Of a stretch of 64,000 nt of DNA, positions 13,187 to 25,127 are shown in pieces. A program made the translations under genes and the position numbers. The notes beneath the pieces were generated by a model that was given only the letters and a program-made list of their open reading frames with translations, did no database searches and was not told the origin of the DNA. The number at the start of each line of letters is the position of its first letter. Position 1 is the stretch's first letter. This DNA is from Rhina ancylostomus (Eukaryota), in contig JARFYF010000059.1 in assembly GCA_030265395.1 (NCBI GenBank), forward strand, positions 18,569,073-18,633,072, read 5' to 3'.

Positions 13187-13298
13187 AAAACACACAGGAG
13201 AGAAACCCTTTAAATGCAGCAAGTGTGGAAAATGCTATTTCAGGAAAGAAAATCTACTTAAACACGAGGCTAGGAACTGCATGACCAGGACGGGTGTG
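13187..13298 (+). CDS. ZBTB48: ZBTB48 coding exon 2 ([37 protein letters not shown])
   Basis: Acceptor CCTTTAG, donor GTATGG, 112 nt, phase continuous. The atypical C2HC finger HEARNC is characteristic of ZBTB48. Confidence 0.95.
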
Positions 13299-14584
13299 GT
13301 ATGGAAATTAGGTTTCTAAGTAGATTTTTCAGTTACCAGGATTTTTTATTTTTGCCTGAATTTGTCACTGAAAAATTTAATTTGCATCATGTTTAACATT
13401 AATGCATTTCTGGCACCAACTAGACCTTGAAGGTCTCGCTTTGCCTATTTTGAACAGTTTATTTGAATTACGTGGGCCTGGAGATGGCTGTTTTAATAAT
13501 TAATACTGTTGTCTTGTGGGAGATAAATCCTATATTAGAATGATCTGTTTCAATCAGCAATTTGAAGTTTAAGTAAATTGGTAGGAATAGGGATTAATGA
13601 GAAATTTGTACTGCCCTATTTACAGTCTCCAGACATTTCTGATTGCTTTACAGCCAAGAAAATATTAATTTAAAGTTTAGTCACATAAGTAAGAAATATA
13701 ACAGCTGCCGCAATGGCTGTGTGAGAAGTATGAAAAAGTGTTTTATGTTTGTAGAATAAACACTGATCAGGTCAACAAGGGAAACTACCTGCTATTCTTG
13801 GAAGTGGTACNNNNNNNNNNNNNNNNNNNNNNNNNNNNNNNNNNNNNNNNTTCAATTTAATGCCTTTGTTTGGGGGGGGTGGGGTGTGATTTGAATTGTG
13901 TAGCCCTGGAGTCCAGGTGCAAGTTCTCTACCTCCATCTCTGGAATAGGTCTGAACCTCCATCCTTGCAAGTGGGAGTGCTACATATTTGTGGCAAAACT
14001 TCACATCTGTCTGCACTCCAAAATGGCCCCTTGAGGCTCCTTTGTAGATACCTGCTTTGTAATAACATTTAAATATCATGACTCTATCTAAAAATAAATT
14101 CTGTTCTTTGGTGCTCTGTAGTCTGGCCCCTCTTCTCCCAAGCACTGATTTCAGAATCCTGTCCTTTTATTCCTGTATTACAACAGTGACTGCATTTCAA
14201 AAATTACTTGTCTAGCCCTGAAGTGTTTAGAATGTTCAGACTGTGAATGGAGCTTTATAAATGCAAGTCTTTTTAATTCTATACATGGGCTCGACCCTAC
14301 ATCCTAGCTTGCGTTGTNNNNNNNNNNGTAAGCTTCATCTGCGTTGGTATTTTTTTCCCCACTTTTTAGAAACCTCCAAAACTTCTGCTTGTGACTGTAC
14401 CTTCTATCATCTGCAAGCTCACTCATGTCCATTCTGTCCCGTGTAAAGTGCTTATGGGGGATGTTTTATTCTGTTAATAGGTATGCAAATACTTGAGAGC
14501 AATGTGGAAACTGGCCTCTTGAGCAGCTTTTCTTTATACAGGTATAGTTCTGATAGTAATTTTAAATACTTTACTCTCCTGCAG

Positions 14585-14677
14585 GTTTATACTTGCCCTG
14601 AGTGTAACCAAACGTTTAAAGGAAGGATTGAGCTAAGGAACCACTTGGTATCTCACACAGGTGAGATGCCCTTTAAG
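14585..14677 (+). CDS. ZBTB48: ZBTB48 coding exon 3 (VYTCPECNQTFKGRIELRNHLVSHTGEMPFK)
   Basis: Acceptor CTCCTGCAG, donor AAG|GTAGGT, 93 nt, C2H2 finger. Confidence 0.95.
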
Positions 14678-15019
14678 GTAGGTCTGGCAGCCCTCATTAT
14701 TTGCAAGCTGTCTGATTTGGACTGAGTTAACTGATCTCAGATGAGTTAGCAGCTGGAACTACAATTAGACCTGGGATGCTGGGGGTTAGACGAGGAGGGG
14801 TGTGTGGAAATAAATTTAATTCTAAATCATTTGATGTATGCTACAAAAGTAAAAGACATGGGACTGATCCTTGGAAGCAGACTGCAGATAGTCTTCTAGC
14901 CCCCAAAACCTAGGTCAACCATTATCCTTTGCTTCCTTTCACCAAAACAAATTTAATCAAAATTGTTACTTTTCCTTCAATCCTATAAGTTTTTTCATTA
15001 TAGATTGGTGTGCCACATG

Positions 15020-15645
15020 AAAAATACAAAAAAACTGCAGACACTGAAAATTGGGAATAAAAACAGAAAATTCTGGAAACGCTCAACAGGACGGGCAGCA
15101 TCTATGAAGAGGAAAAGAATTAACATTTCATACCCAAGGCAATGGGAATTGTAAAAGAGTGAAAACAAGTTAAAGCTGCAGGGAAAGTTGGGGAGGTATA
15201 CAATGAACAAAAGGAATATACCTGTGGTTGGAGGAGACAGATTTGTGTTGCTTTGTTTTGTTTGTTGCTGTTAGTAGGGTTGTGGGACATGCCCAGCAGG
15301 TCAGGCTCTACAGATGGAGAGTGAAAAAACTGAGAGAAAGTCACAAATGGATGACTGGCAGAAATTACCATTTCTGATGCAGAAAGAAAGAGCAAGTTAC
15401 CTATAGTTAGAGAATTTGAAGTTGCGTTTGGAAGACTGTAGTGTACCCAGGCAGTTGTTGAGGTGTTTAGCAAGTTTGCATTGCTCCTCATTAATATAGT
15501 GCAAGAGACAACAAACAGGTCAGTGTGGAGTGGAGAATTAAATTGGAATCACATTGGTGCTCCTGTGGACTGAATCCAGGTGCTCTGCAAAGCAGTCACC
15601 GATCTTTATTTTGTTTCACCATTGTAGAAGGGACCACATTGTGAC
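15020..15645 (-). mobile_element. Penelope-like retroelement 3' end: GIY-YIG endonuclease remnant plus terminal repeat
   Basis: Minus strand from about 15644 reads SQCGPFYNGETK*R, frameshift, GDCFAEHLDSVHR, matching the PLE GIY-YIG pattern CGxxYIGETKRRLGDRFAEHL. It continues into the recurrent GATGCTGCC...CCAGAATTTTCTGTTTT terminal repeat. Confidence 0.7.
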
Positions 15646-16283
15646 CATTTCTGTTTGGACTCCTTTGTACTGAAATGTATACCATTAAACACTGGCAAAA
15701 TCCTTTAGTTTTATCTTTTTCCAACCATGGTTTCCTCTGCCTCCAAAACCTGGTTACTATTCATTTGCTTTTCATTTGCATCTTTGGTTCTCTTCTTTTC
15801 TTTCTGAATCCATTTCTGTTTCCACCCCCCACCCCCCACCCCAAAGCAAATTAACACTTCTCTGGTCTAAGGAGGAAGCCAACTTCAAAATTCATTATCC
15901 CTGTTACCTTTCCAGTAAATTGGGTCGACATTCCTTTCAAAGCTTTGGTGTCCTTAGTGACCAAAGTTGACCATAATACTGTAGCAGAAACCTAAGCAGT
16001 TTTGTAAAATTTTACATTATTTACTGAAAGGTAATGGAAAGTCCAAAGAGCATACTGAATAAATAGAAGCCCATGAATATTACAATATGCTTACTGAAGG
16101 AACCACACACTCTTGAGGTGTAGATGTGGTAAAAGGATCACTGCGCTACAAATGACTATTCTTGTGTTGTAGAACAGTGATGTGCAGAGAGAGACCACCA
16201 TCCTATACTGCCAAACATGCTTTTATTACTGGTAACACATCTCTTTGCATTTCTGATGTTCTGTGTGTTTTTAATCCTTTCAG

Positions 16284-16370
16284 TGCCCCTCATGCCCTCA
16301 GCAGTTCATGCAGAAGAAAGATATGCAGAGTCATATGATCAAATCTCATGGAGCACCAAAACCATTCCCG
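16284..16370 (+). CDS. ZBTB48: ZBTB48 coding exon 4 ([29 protein letters not shown])
   Basis: Acceptor CCTTTCAG, donor CCG|GTGAGT, 87 nt. Confidence 0.95.
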
Positions 16371-16824
16371 GTGAGTAACAAATGTAAGTTTAATATTATA
16401 TTTCATTAGTGCAGCGTCAGAGAACCCCACGTACAGGGTTCTAGTGATATTAATTCAGACAAACCAGGAATAGCTTCATCATTAGATACCCATGAGACGA
16501 ATCACCAGCTGAAGAGCTTAGAAGGGACATGACAATGAAAAAGGGATGGATAAAATGGTAAGATGTAAATGGTGTGGGATAGGAATGAGCAGTACTATGA
16601 AGAAGTTTACTGTTTCTTGTTCTGTCCCTCAGTAAAGGGTGATTTGATTCTACTCCAAATTAGTGGACTCTCAGGTGGCCTTGCAAACTCAGCCACAGGT
16701 GGTGTAGGAAGTGCATGACCAAGTAGCTGTGTAGTGTATGAGTTGTTTATGAACCTTCTGCCACTTCTGCTGCTCTTCTGTGTGTCCCTTACAAGATTCA
16801 CAGTGCAGTCTTAGATGCTCCTTC

Positions 16825-17140
16825 TTCATAGAGTCATACAGGATGGAAACATGCCCTGCTGCCCACTAAGTCCCAGCTGATCATCAAGCATCCATTTACA
16901 CTATACCATTTCATTCTCCCCACAGTCCCCTAATTCTCCATAGATTCTGCCCCTCATCTACACATTAGAGGCAGTTTACAAGGCCAATTAACCTACCCAA
17001 CTGGATGACTATGTGACGTGCGAGTAAACCAGAGCACTTGGAGAAAATCCACACAGCAATGCAAACTCCACACGGAAAGCACTGGTGCTCTGGATTGAAG
17101 TTGTGAGGCAGCAGCTCTACTAGCTGCTCGACTGTACCAC
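16825..17140 (-). mobile_element. V-SINE/HE1-type SINE
   Basis: Same layout as 56630-56960 (GGCCAATTAACCTACC...CAAACTCCACAC...GTGAGGCAGCAGCTCTAC). Confidence 0.65.
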
Positions 17141-17829
17141 CATATTGTGAGCAGTCATGGACTAGAGATTACACAAATTGACAAGGACATTGCTTTTTTT
17201 CCAAGGAAACTTTGAGAACATTTCAGAGTCTTCATCTGTGACACAGTTCCTGTTTTTGGAGTATGATGTCAGGCATGTGAATGAAGTAGCCGCCCACTCC
17301 TCCTATTGGAGCACGCTGATGGTGGGGACTTGGCCTGGGAGAGGCCAAGTGGAGGATTTACTATGCCAGTGGAGGATTTTTGTGTTAGTATTGTTCTCTG
17401 CTTTTAGATGCCTTCTGTAAGTGGTCAGTATCTCTGAAGTGCAGGGAATGGCAGGGATCATTACCACCTGGTAGACCGGGGGCTTTGTGCCTGGTTAGGG
17501 ATCTTGACCTTTGGTTAGCTGAGAAGTGTTTTGTCATGAACATTTATTGTTGGGGGTCAGTGTTGTGCATTGAAGGCTGATTGGTAGAGGACTTTTTTTT
17601 ACATAAGTTTAATGTAAAGTCCATTCCCTCTTGTGCTTCATTGAGTCAATGGCTCAGAGCATTGCCTCAAAGTGTACATGCACAAGCATTGTCTATGAAC
17701 AGCAGCTCAATAACTGAAATGGAGTAATTTACAGAGATCCATTAATGGGTCAGGGTTTAATCAATGAAAGAGGTCATTGGCTCCTGTTGGAAGGAGCACT
17801 TTGAAGTCTTAATTGAATCTCTGTCCTTC

Positions 17830-18430
17830 TGAGTGTCCTTGACTCGCTCCCACAGCATTACTGTCCAGTTCAGAATCACCACCACCCCAGACCAACAAGA
17901 AGCTGGAAAGTCCACAAATCATCTGGAAAAACAAGGTTTTGGGAACAAATGGTATCCTGCTGAAGTTTCAAAATTAGTGGAGAGCAACTTCGGACAAAAT
18001 CACAGCCTCTTCTCCTACACGGGAATGTTGGGGACATCATAATTGTGACCAAGAAAAGAGGAAAATCTGATTGTGGTAACTACAGAAAGGTCAGCCACAG
18101 GGAAAGTAATTGCAAGGTCCTACTCAACGATCACCTGCTATTAGCCAAGGAATTGCTCCCTGCATTGCTTTGTGGATTCTGTCCATGTAAGTGGAACATC
18201 TTCACCATCTGACAACTTCAAGAAAAACAAAGGGAGCAGATTCAGACACTATACATTGGCTTATGTTTTGACTTTGCAAAAGCCTTTGGCTGTTAGTCAA
18301 GAGGGACTTATAGAGAATCCTTCTCATTCTCCCTGCTATGGCATACAAAGTGGGATGACAACCAGAGGATCAAAAGCTGGCCCAGTCTCAGTACAGCAAG
18401 GCTGTATCGTTGCTCCAATAATTTTATTTA
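17830..18430 (+). mobile_element. RTE-clade LINE reverse-transcriptase remnant
   Basis: Fragmented RT motifs GKVIAR (about 18100) and VQQGCIVAPIILF (about 18390), with many stops and indels. Confidence 0.5.
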
Positions 18431-19308
18431 TAAATGGCTCCAGATCTTGCATTTTACACTGGCAGAGCTGTTGGAAAAAGGCAGTGGCTAAAGGCCACGT
18501 CTTTTGTTAAGATTTTTTTAAAACCAAATTCTGGAGTTGCAAATATTGCTGGGAAAGCTAACATTTCTTGCTTACCCAATTGCTCTTGCAAGGGTGATGA
18601 GGGGCTGCCTTGAACCACCACACTTTATGTGGTAAAGGTGCTTCTGTACTGAGGTAGGGACTTCCAGAATTTTGACCCAATGACCACAAAGGACCAATTT
18701 CAATCAGATGATTTGCAACTTTGGGAGAAACCTGGAGCTGACACCTATTTCCGATTCACTTGCTGCCCAAATGACTTTTAGATAGTGGTGTTGTGGAACT
18801 TGAGAGGTGCTGATAAGGAAGTTTCTATCACACACTGCAGCCATAAAGCACTAGAGGTGGGTTTGGGATTGTGAAATGAGATGGTTCTAAATGGAGGGGA
18901 CCCCAAATAGGAGAGGCATAAAATATCTTAAAGGATTAGCAGAGAATATCAATGGCTTAGTCTGTATATATGCATCACCAGCCAGGTTTAATCTTTGGTT
19001 TATGTTGCTTTAGCATATTGCAGCCAAGAAGGATGAGAGAGGTATTAATGTCCCAACCCTTGGAGTCTGTAAATGGACAAAGGATGAGTTCAGCAGTGGG
19101 TATAATTGGGATAGTTGAAAATGTTTCCAGGTGCTTGGTGTATGATCTCACTTGTCCTTGTCTGCCACTGGGTGCCTGTGAATCTCTGATCCTGTGTAAT
19201 TCTTTAGCTTGCACTTGGTGCCTCTGAAACAGTAACCCAATGTGAGTCACTTCCTCCTTGATAATGCAAAGGTAAATTGTTAAATAACTAATGTGTCTTG
19301 ATTTTTAG

Positions 19309-19463
19309 TGCCCCACTTGTTCCAAATGTTTCCTCTCCCGCAATGACTTGCATCAGCACGAATTGTCCAAGCATCAGGGAGAGAAGCTGTTTGTGTGCGA
19401 GGAGTGTGGTCACAGAGCTTCTACGCGCCACGGCTTGCAGATGCACATAAAATCCAAGCACAG
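19309..19463 (+). CDS. ZBTB48: ZBTB48 coding exon 5 ([52 protein letters not shown])
   Basis: Acceptor TTTTTAG, donor AG|GTACAG, 155 nt, two C2H2 fingers. Confidence 0.95.
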
Positions 19464-21146
19464 GTACAGTATGTGCACAGCAGCCACAAACACATGAGGG
19501 GATATACATGGGTGAGTTTAGCACACCATTTCATTTTGGTAACATCTTAAAATATTGGGAGCTGGGAAAATCAAATGTTGAAATCTACAAATGGTCCAAA
19601 CTAATGATTTGACTTTAACTGTCGATCTGACATAGAATAAAACACTGGAAAAGAAAATACTGTACAATTCCTGTAAAATCATTATCTTTGAAAGAGGATG
19701 TGTTTATAGAGAAGTATGTGCCATTTACAAAGAACATAGAGATCTTGGATGGGCTGGGGCAATCCTGGCTCAAAATTTAGTTGCAACTAGATGGTGATCA
19801 GAGGGATTTGAATTAACAAAAGCCTTTCTATTTGAAATCCCTTTTGTACTAAGTTAAAATTGTTGCTAGGTATTCAAAAACCAGGCTTGTGTAAATTAAT
19901 GTGCCTATGACTGAATTCTACTGATTTTTTTTTAAATCAAAAGATTCACACCTGCTTTGTTCACCTAGTTATGCTTATCTGTTCCCCAAATTGCTCTCTG
20001 TCCACTAACTCCCACCCCCAGGTGCCATAGCTGGCAGTTAGTCTAAAACTATTCCACCCACAGCTCTAGGGAGCAGGTATGGTCTGCTCCATTACAGCCA
20101 CATTATCAGCACCTCTGCTGCTCATGATTTGAGAGAATAATGGATAAGGCATCAGAAAAATCAACTGCCAGGCTGATTCAAATGCTCCAGCTCCTTGTAT
20201 ATTTTCAACAGTAAATAGTGTTCTTTTGAAGTATTTAGCAATAGCGAGTGATTTGTTTCTGGTTCCTGTTTGGGCAATTTGTGGTATGGTGAAAAGGAGA
20301 TGAGCAGCAAAATGTCATTGGCTCAGATCGTAATTACAAACTCTGACACAACTACTCCAGAATTGTCAGAATTTCATTGCAATTTCAAAACATTAATTTT
20401 TCAATGCATCTCAAATTAAAGGTAAATTCCCAAAAGAATCAGAAGGGAGACGTGCAGTCTTAATGCAGTGGGTCTGGGATGCACTACCTGAAAGTGATGG
20501 AAGCAGTGGCTTTAGATGAATGCCTGCTGAGATGAAATTTGCAGACGTCTGAAGAAAGAGGGAGTGGGACTAATTGGATAGCTCTTTCAGAGGGAGCAGG
20601 CACAGGTACAATGACTACATAATTCTGAACTGTCAGTGGCAGAAATGAAGTCCATGGCTCCTTCATTTCTTAAAGTTTGTTTCCCACTTTTCCTGTTGCA
20701 CATCCTTGTCTCTTATTTATTGAGGTTTAGAAAAGAGATAAATAGTTGCTATCCATAACCTTGAGCTGCACAGAGCAATTATTTAAATACATCTCAGCTA
20801 TAAAATATAGCAACCAATCTTTCCTTAAAGTAAAAAAACTTTGCCTGTTTCACAAACCTTAGAATATTTCAAAAATGTTTTGCATCTAATGGCTGTTTTA
20901 AAGTATGGTCATTGTTGTTAGGAAGGAAGTGACAGTCAAAAAAAAATATTGGTTGCTATATTTTGTAGCTGAGAATTATTTACATAATTGCTCTCTGCAG
21001 CTCGACATTGTGGATGGCAGCCATTTATCTCTTTCCTAAACCTCCAACTATGCTGAAAGCCAAATAAAGTTTTAATGTTGGTTCCAATTGGAGAGGGAAT
21101 GATGGAGAGACATAACATTCACTTTATTTTTGCACCACTGTTATAG

Positions 21147-21283
21147 GAACGAGCGGCCATATATTTGTGAATTCTGCAACCGTGGGTTCACCCAGAAGGG
21201 CAATTTGAATGTCCATTTGCGGACACACACAGGCGAGAAACCATTCCAATGTCACTTGTGTGGAAAAACTTTCAGGATCCAAG
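21147..21283 (+). CDS. ZBTB48: ZBTB48 coding exon 6 ([45 protein letters not shown])
   Basis: Acceptor TTATAG, donor AAG|GTGAGT, 137 nt. Confidence 0.95.
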
Positions 21284-22013
21284 GTGAGTACCTCCTATGT
21301 GGAGCCTTACTTGGATTCTGTATGTTTACATCTCTTTAATGAAGGAACCCACACAATACTGTTCCTATGTAGATTTGGCAGATTCAGTACTAGTGTAGCA
21401 CTAAGGTAATTATAGACCTGTCACTCCAAGATCTTTTGTATTGGCTGGGCTCCTTGCCTGTTGAGCGCATCAGTTAAACAATAATGCTGGATTGTTCAGC
21501 TGGTGCTTCTGCTCTCTCCAGTTACCCAGTGATCACTGCTGGAGCCCAGACTGTGATGGGCCTGTGATAGCTGAATAATGGCCAATGCCACTAAAGATGG
21601 TCAAAGGGTTTTAAAGATAGCTGATTACTTAATGTCCTTGTTGGTGGGATACACAACTCCTATAGCAATGTAATCAGTTCTTTCTGCTCCCTAGTAGCAT
21701 TGGGTAAATGTCCACTTGCAATTAAGGGCAGACAATGGATGCTTTCCTTACCAATGCCATCCTTGTCCCAAGTATGAATAAGAAAATGGCTTTATTTACT
21801 GTTTTTCAGACAGTAGGGTTTTGCCAAAATACAAGTTCGGTAAGTAAGTTTAATCTGAGTATTAAAGGAAGACCAAGATTGGTCAAGAAGTGGTGTGTGA
21901 TGTTGGAGACAGCAACTGATAGCAGTTTTTAAATTTCAGCCTTCACTCTATAATAGACACATTTTGTAGCTTACTAAGATCTGGGCTTTCCAACTGTCTC
22001 TTATTTGCACCAG

Positions 22014-22178
22014 CGAGTCTGGATAAACATAACAGGACTCACACAGGTGAACGGCCGTTTGGTTGTGAAATCTGTAGCCGAAGATTTACAGAGAGGGGTC
22101 CTCTCCATCGTCACATGGCCAGCAAGCACCAGGAAGGTCGGCCACATGACTGCAACATCTGTGGGAAGACCTTTAAAG
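22014..22178 (+). CDS. ZBTB48: ZBTB48 coding exon 7 ([55 protein letters not shown])
   Basis: Acceptor TGCACCAG, donor AAG|GTAAAG, 165 nt. Confidence 0.95.
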
Positions 22179-22769
22179 GTAAAGTTGATCGTGCAGTAAT
22201 TAAGCTTTCTCCTCTTTTGAAGAAGCCCTGGTCTTGTTCTGACTTTTCACCCCCATCAATACGAACACCTCAAATACAGTGACTGGCATTAACACCAAAC
22301 GGGGCAACTACTTCAGGTTTTACTCCTCCTTCCCCATCCCAACCTAACCATTTACCGGTGTTGTTGCCCACTTGGACTCCCCTCACTAGCTCTGAAATTT
22401 GTCACTTCAGAATGGCAGCCTTTGGTGCACTGCTCTTGGTTCAATAACCAAAAGGTCAAGGATAAAAAAGGGAAACAAAATTAGTAGCAGGATAAGAACT
22501 CCCAATCCAGAAATACTAGAGGAAAAGTAGATTTCAAAGTCCCTCAATCAACTACCTTGTGATTGAATGTCCTCTTGCATCCAAGCATGATCAGGTACAG
22601 GAGGGTGTATGGCACCTATAGAGCACTGTCAACCATATCCACACACTTCCAGAAAGGAGGGAAAAACACTTTGGGGAATTCTACCGATGGGAAATTTGAT
22701 CTTACTGGACACAAGCAGTGGGTCAATGTTGATAGTCAGTTTAACTAATGTTCTGTTCCTTTGCTCCAG

Positions 22770-22858
22770 CCATTGATCAGTTGCGCGTTCATGTCGGAAG
22801 GCACAAAGGGGTGAGAAAATTTGAGTGCAGTGAATGTGGCTATAAATTCACTCGACAG
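22770..22858 (+). CDS. ZBTB48: ZBTB48 coding exon 8 ([30 protein letters not shown])
   Basis: Acceptor TTGCTCCAG, donor CAG|GTGAGT, 89 nt. Confidence 0.95.
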
Positions 22859-23439
22859 GTGAGTTCTCCACTGACTGCTGCAGAGTTTTACATCAGTAGA
22901 GTTGTTCAAATAATCCTGTTTTATTCACTCCAGCATTATGATCATATGGTTAGCTAGGGAAGAGCCAAGCACTGCCAATCATGTGAAACTCTCAACAGCT
23001 ACATTTAGTAGCCTGAATGGAGTAGCTGTGCTGAATGAAGTTCATTTAATGTGAAGCTAGCTAAAATCATGAGGGAGAAAGCAGAAGGTGATAAGCTGAG
23101 AGGAACTGGAGAGATTCATGTGGAGCATAAGCCATACATTGGTTCCTTATATTTGATTATAACTAACACTCATTTAACTTCAGAACTTGCTTAACTCCTC
23201 ATTGGGAAGTGACCCAAGCAGCAGTAGACAGGGTACTTCATGTTCCAGAACATCTGAGGGATGTCTGATCTGAAATCAAAAGCACAAAATGCCACCATAA
23301 AGTGGGATAACTGGCAGTCCCTTAAAAGGAAGGACTCTCTCAAAATTCTAGTTGTTTGCCCTTTAAGCAGTTGTGAAGATAAACCAGTGTCTTTGGCCCT
23401 TACCACACATTCAAACAACCAGTTCCCTTCCTTTGTAAA

Positions 23440-23600
23440 TGAAAAATCAAAATTGCAGATGCTGGAAATCTAAAATAATAAAAAATGCTTAAAACTCAGC
23501 AGGTCAGGCAGCATCTGTGGAAAGACAAACAGTTACCATTCCCAGATTGAAGATCCACTGGGCTGTTGAGTGGTTCCAGCATTTTCTGTTTTGATTTCAG
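23440..23600. mobile_element. Short Penelope-type terminal-repeat element with inverted ends
   Basis: TGCAGATGCTGGAAATCT...ACTCAGCAGGTCAGGCAGCATCTGTGG followed by the inverted CTGTTGAGTGGTTCCAGCATTTTCTGTTTTGATTTCAG. Confidence 0.6.
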
Positions 23601-23895
23601 TTCTTTCACAACCTTGTGTAGCATCCTTGCCTAACCTCCACCAGTCTCAGCTATCTCATATTTCCTCTGCACTCTCCTTTTGCTAAGCCCAACTACCCAC
23701 TTTAACCTGTCACCTCGTTTTTAACCTACCTACTAAGGTTTTAGTTGTTTGTCCTAATGTCTCATGATGATTTAACTTTGATCTTTGTTTGCCTGTGAAG
23801 TATCTCAGGATATCCTGCTACATTAAAGGTACTGCACAAAATGCTGGGTAGATTTTTTTGATCAGCTGCTGAGCACTGATTTTTTCCGAATGTAG

Positions 23896-24216
23896 GCTCA
23901 CCTGAGGAGACACATGGACATACATGGGCGAGTGGAAAACTACAGTCCCCGTCAGCGAAGGCTCCGGAATCTTATTATTTCCAATGAGAAAGAGGGAGAT
24001 GCCGAGGCAAATGCAGCTCCACAGGTGACTTGCCTGCTTGAGGCTCCTCCTCCTCCCGTAGCTGCAAAAGAACTGACCAGTGAGAACACAGAAACCAGAG
24101 ACCTTTCTGTTCAACAATTCTTAGACAATAGGAACTACGACCCAGAAGAGAATGTGATGCCAACAGTCAGTGGAACAGACACTTGTGTAGAAGAGATTAC
24201 CATAGTTGAGATATAA
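23896..24216 (+). CDS. ZBTB48: ZBTB48 last coding exon ([26 protein letters not shown]...EITIVEI*)
   Basis: Acceptor AATGTAG. Completes finger 11 and the C-terminal arm. Stop TAA at 24214-24216. Joined CDS is 2136 nt, i.e. 711 aa. Confidence 0.95.
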   Translation, partial: AHLRRHMDIHGRVENYSPRQRRLRNLIISNEKEGDAEANAAPQVTCLLEAPPPPVAAKELTSENTETRDLSVQQFLDNRNYDPEENVMPTVSGTDTCVEEITIVEI

Positions 24217-24275
24217 GGAACTGTTGCTCTGGTAGGAATCACCTTAAGGTTGACTTTTTATATATAAAGAATGTA

Positions 24276-24281
24276 AATAAA
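24276..24281 (+). terminator. ZBTB48: Probable ZBTB48 polyadenylation signal (AATAAA)
   Basis: First AATAAA about 60 nt after the stop codon, preceded by TGTA and followed by GT-rich sequence. Confidence 0.6.
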
Positions 24282-25095
24282 AGTTGTTTCTAAGCACTTG
24301 CTGACTGCCATCTTTGCATTTTCAATAGCTTAACTCATTAACAGTGAGAAATTTCCTTTCAACCCATAATCACTTAGATGCACTCCATCCAAAAGTAAGG
24401 GAATTCTCCACTATTGATTGTTAAAGTGCAAGGTCTGTCCCTGGTTTATCTTTGCTGAACATATTATTCATCCTGATAATGAATGTCACTGAAAAGAATT
24501 ATTTTTAAAATCTTTCATATGGATTATAAAGCACTTTAGTACAACCTTCTTAAGTTTTTTTTTGCTGTTTTAAATTGAGAAATAAAGTAGTAATTTGTGG
24601 CCAAAATCCCAGAACCAGTGGAAGAATGACTGGATCTGATTTAGTGCTGGTTGGGGGAATAAATATCAGCCAAGCACTCAAGATGGATGTGGTCCTTAAA
24701 CCAGCACTAAGAAAGATTCATTAATCTTTTGTACTACTCTTGTAACTTATGCCTATGCAAAATGTTTGTACAATAGTTGACTAATGAACTTCATTATAGT
24801 TACCTACAACCAGTGTCACCATGTCCTCTCCATCACTATCTTCCCTGTGTTTTTCCCCTTCCCCAAGACTCAAGACCATTAATCCTGGCCTCATCCATTA
24901 ACAGCAAGACCTGTGTAGTTAAGTTTTGGAACTCCTTCAGAAATTTAGTTTAGGGGCTACCATTCCTCCTAATTCTTTTGTGGCCCTGTGAAAGTGCATA
25001 ACGATAAATGTTACAGACAAGTTATTGCAACTACAGCACCTGATGCTTTTAACTTAGGATGACTAACTGAAATCCTGAGCATTGAGTAAATGTTG

Positions 25096-25127
25096 CTGCC
25101 ACCTACCAGTCTTGTCTTTGAACTACA
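25096..25127 (-). promoter_or_regulatory. CTCF-like site (core plus upstream module) between the convergent 3' ends of ZBTB48 and KLHL21
   Basis: Minus strand reads TGTAGTTCA-N9-CTGGTAGGTGGCAG(C). Confidence 0.55.
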
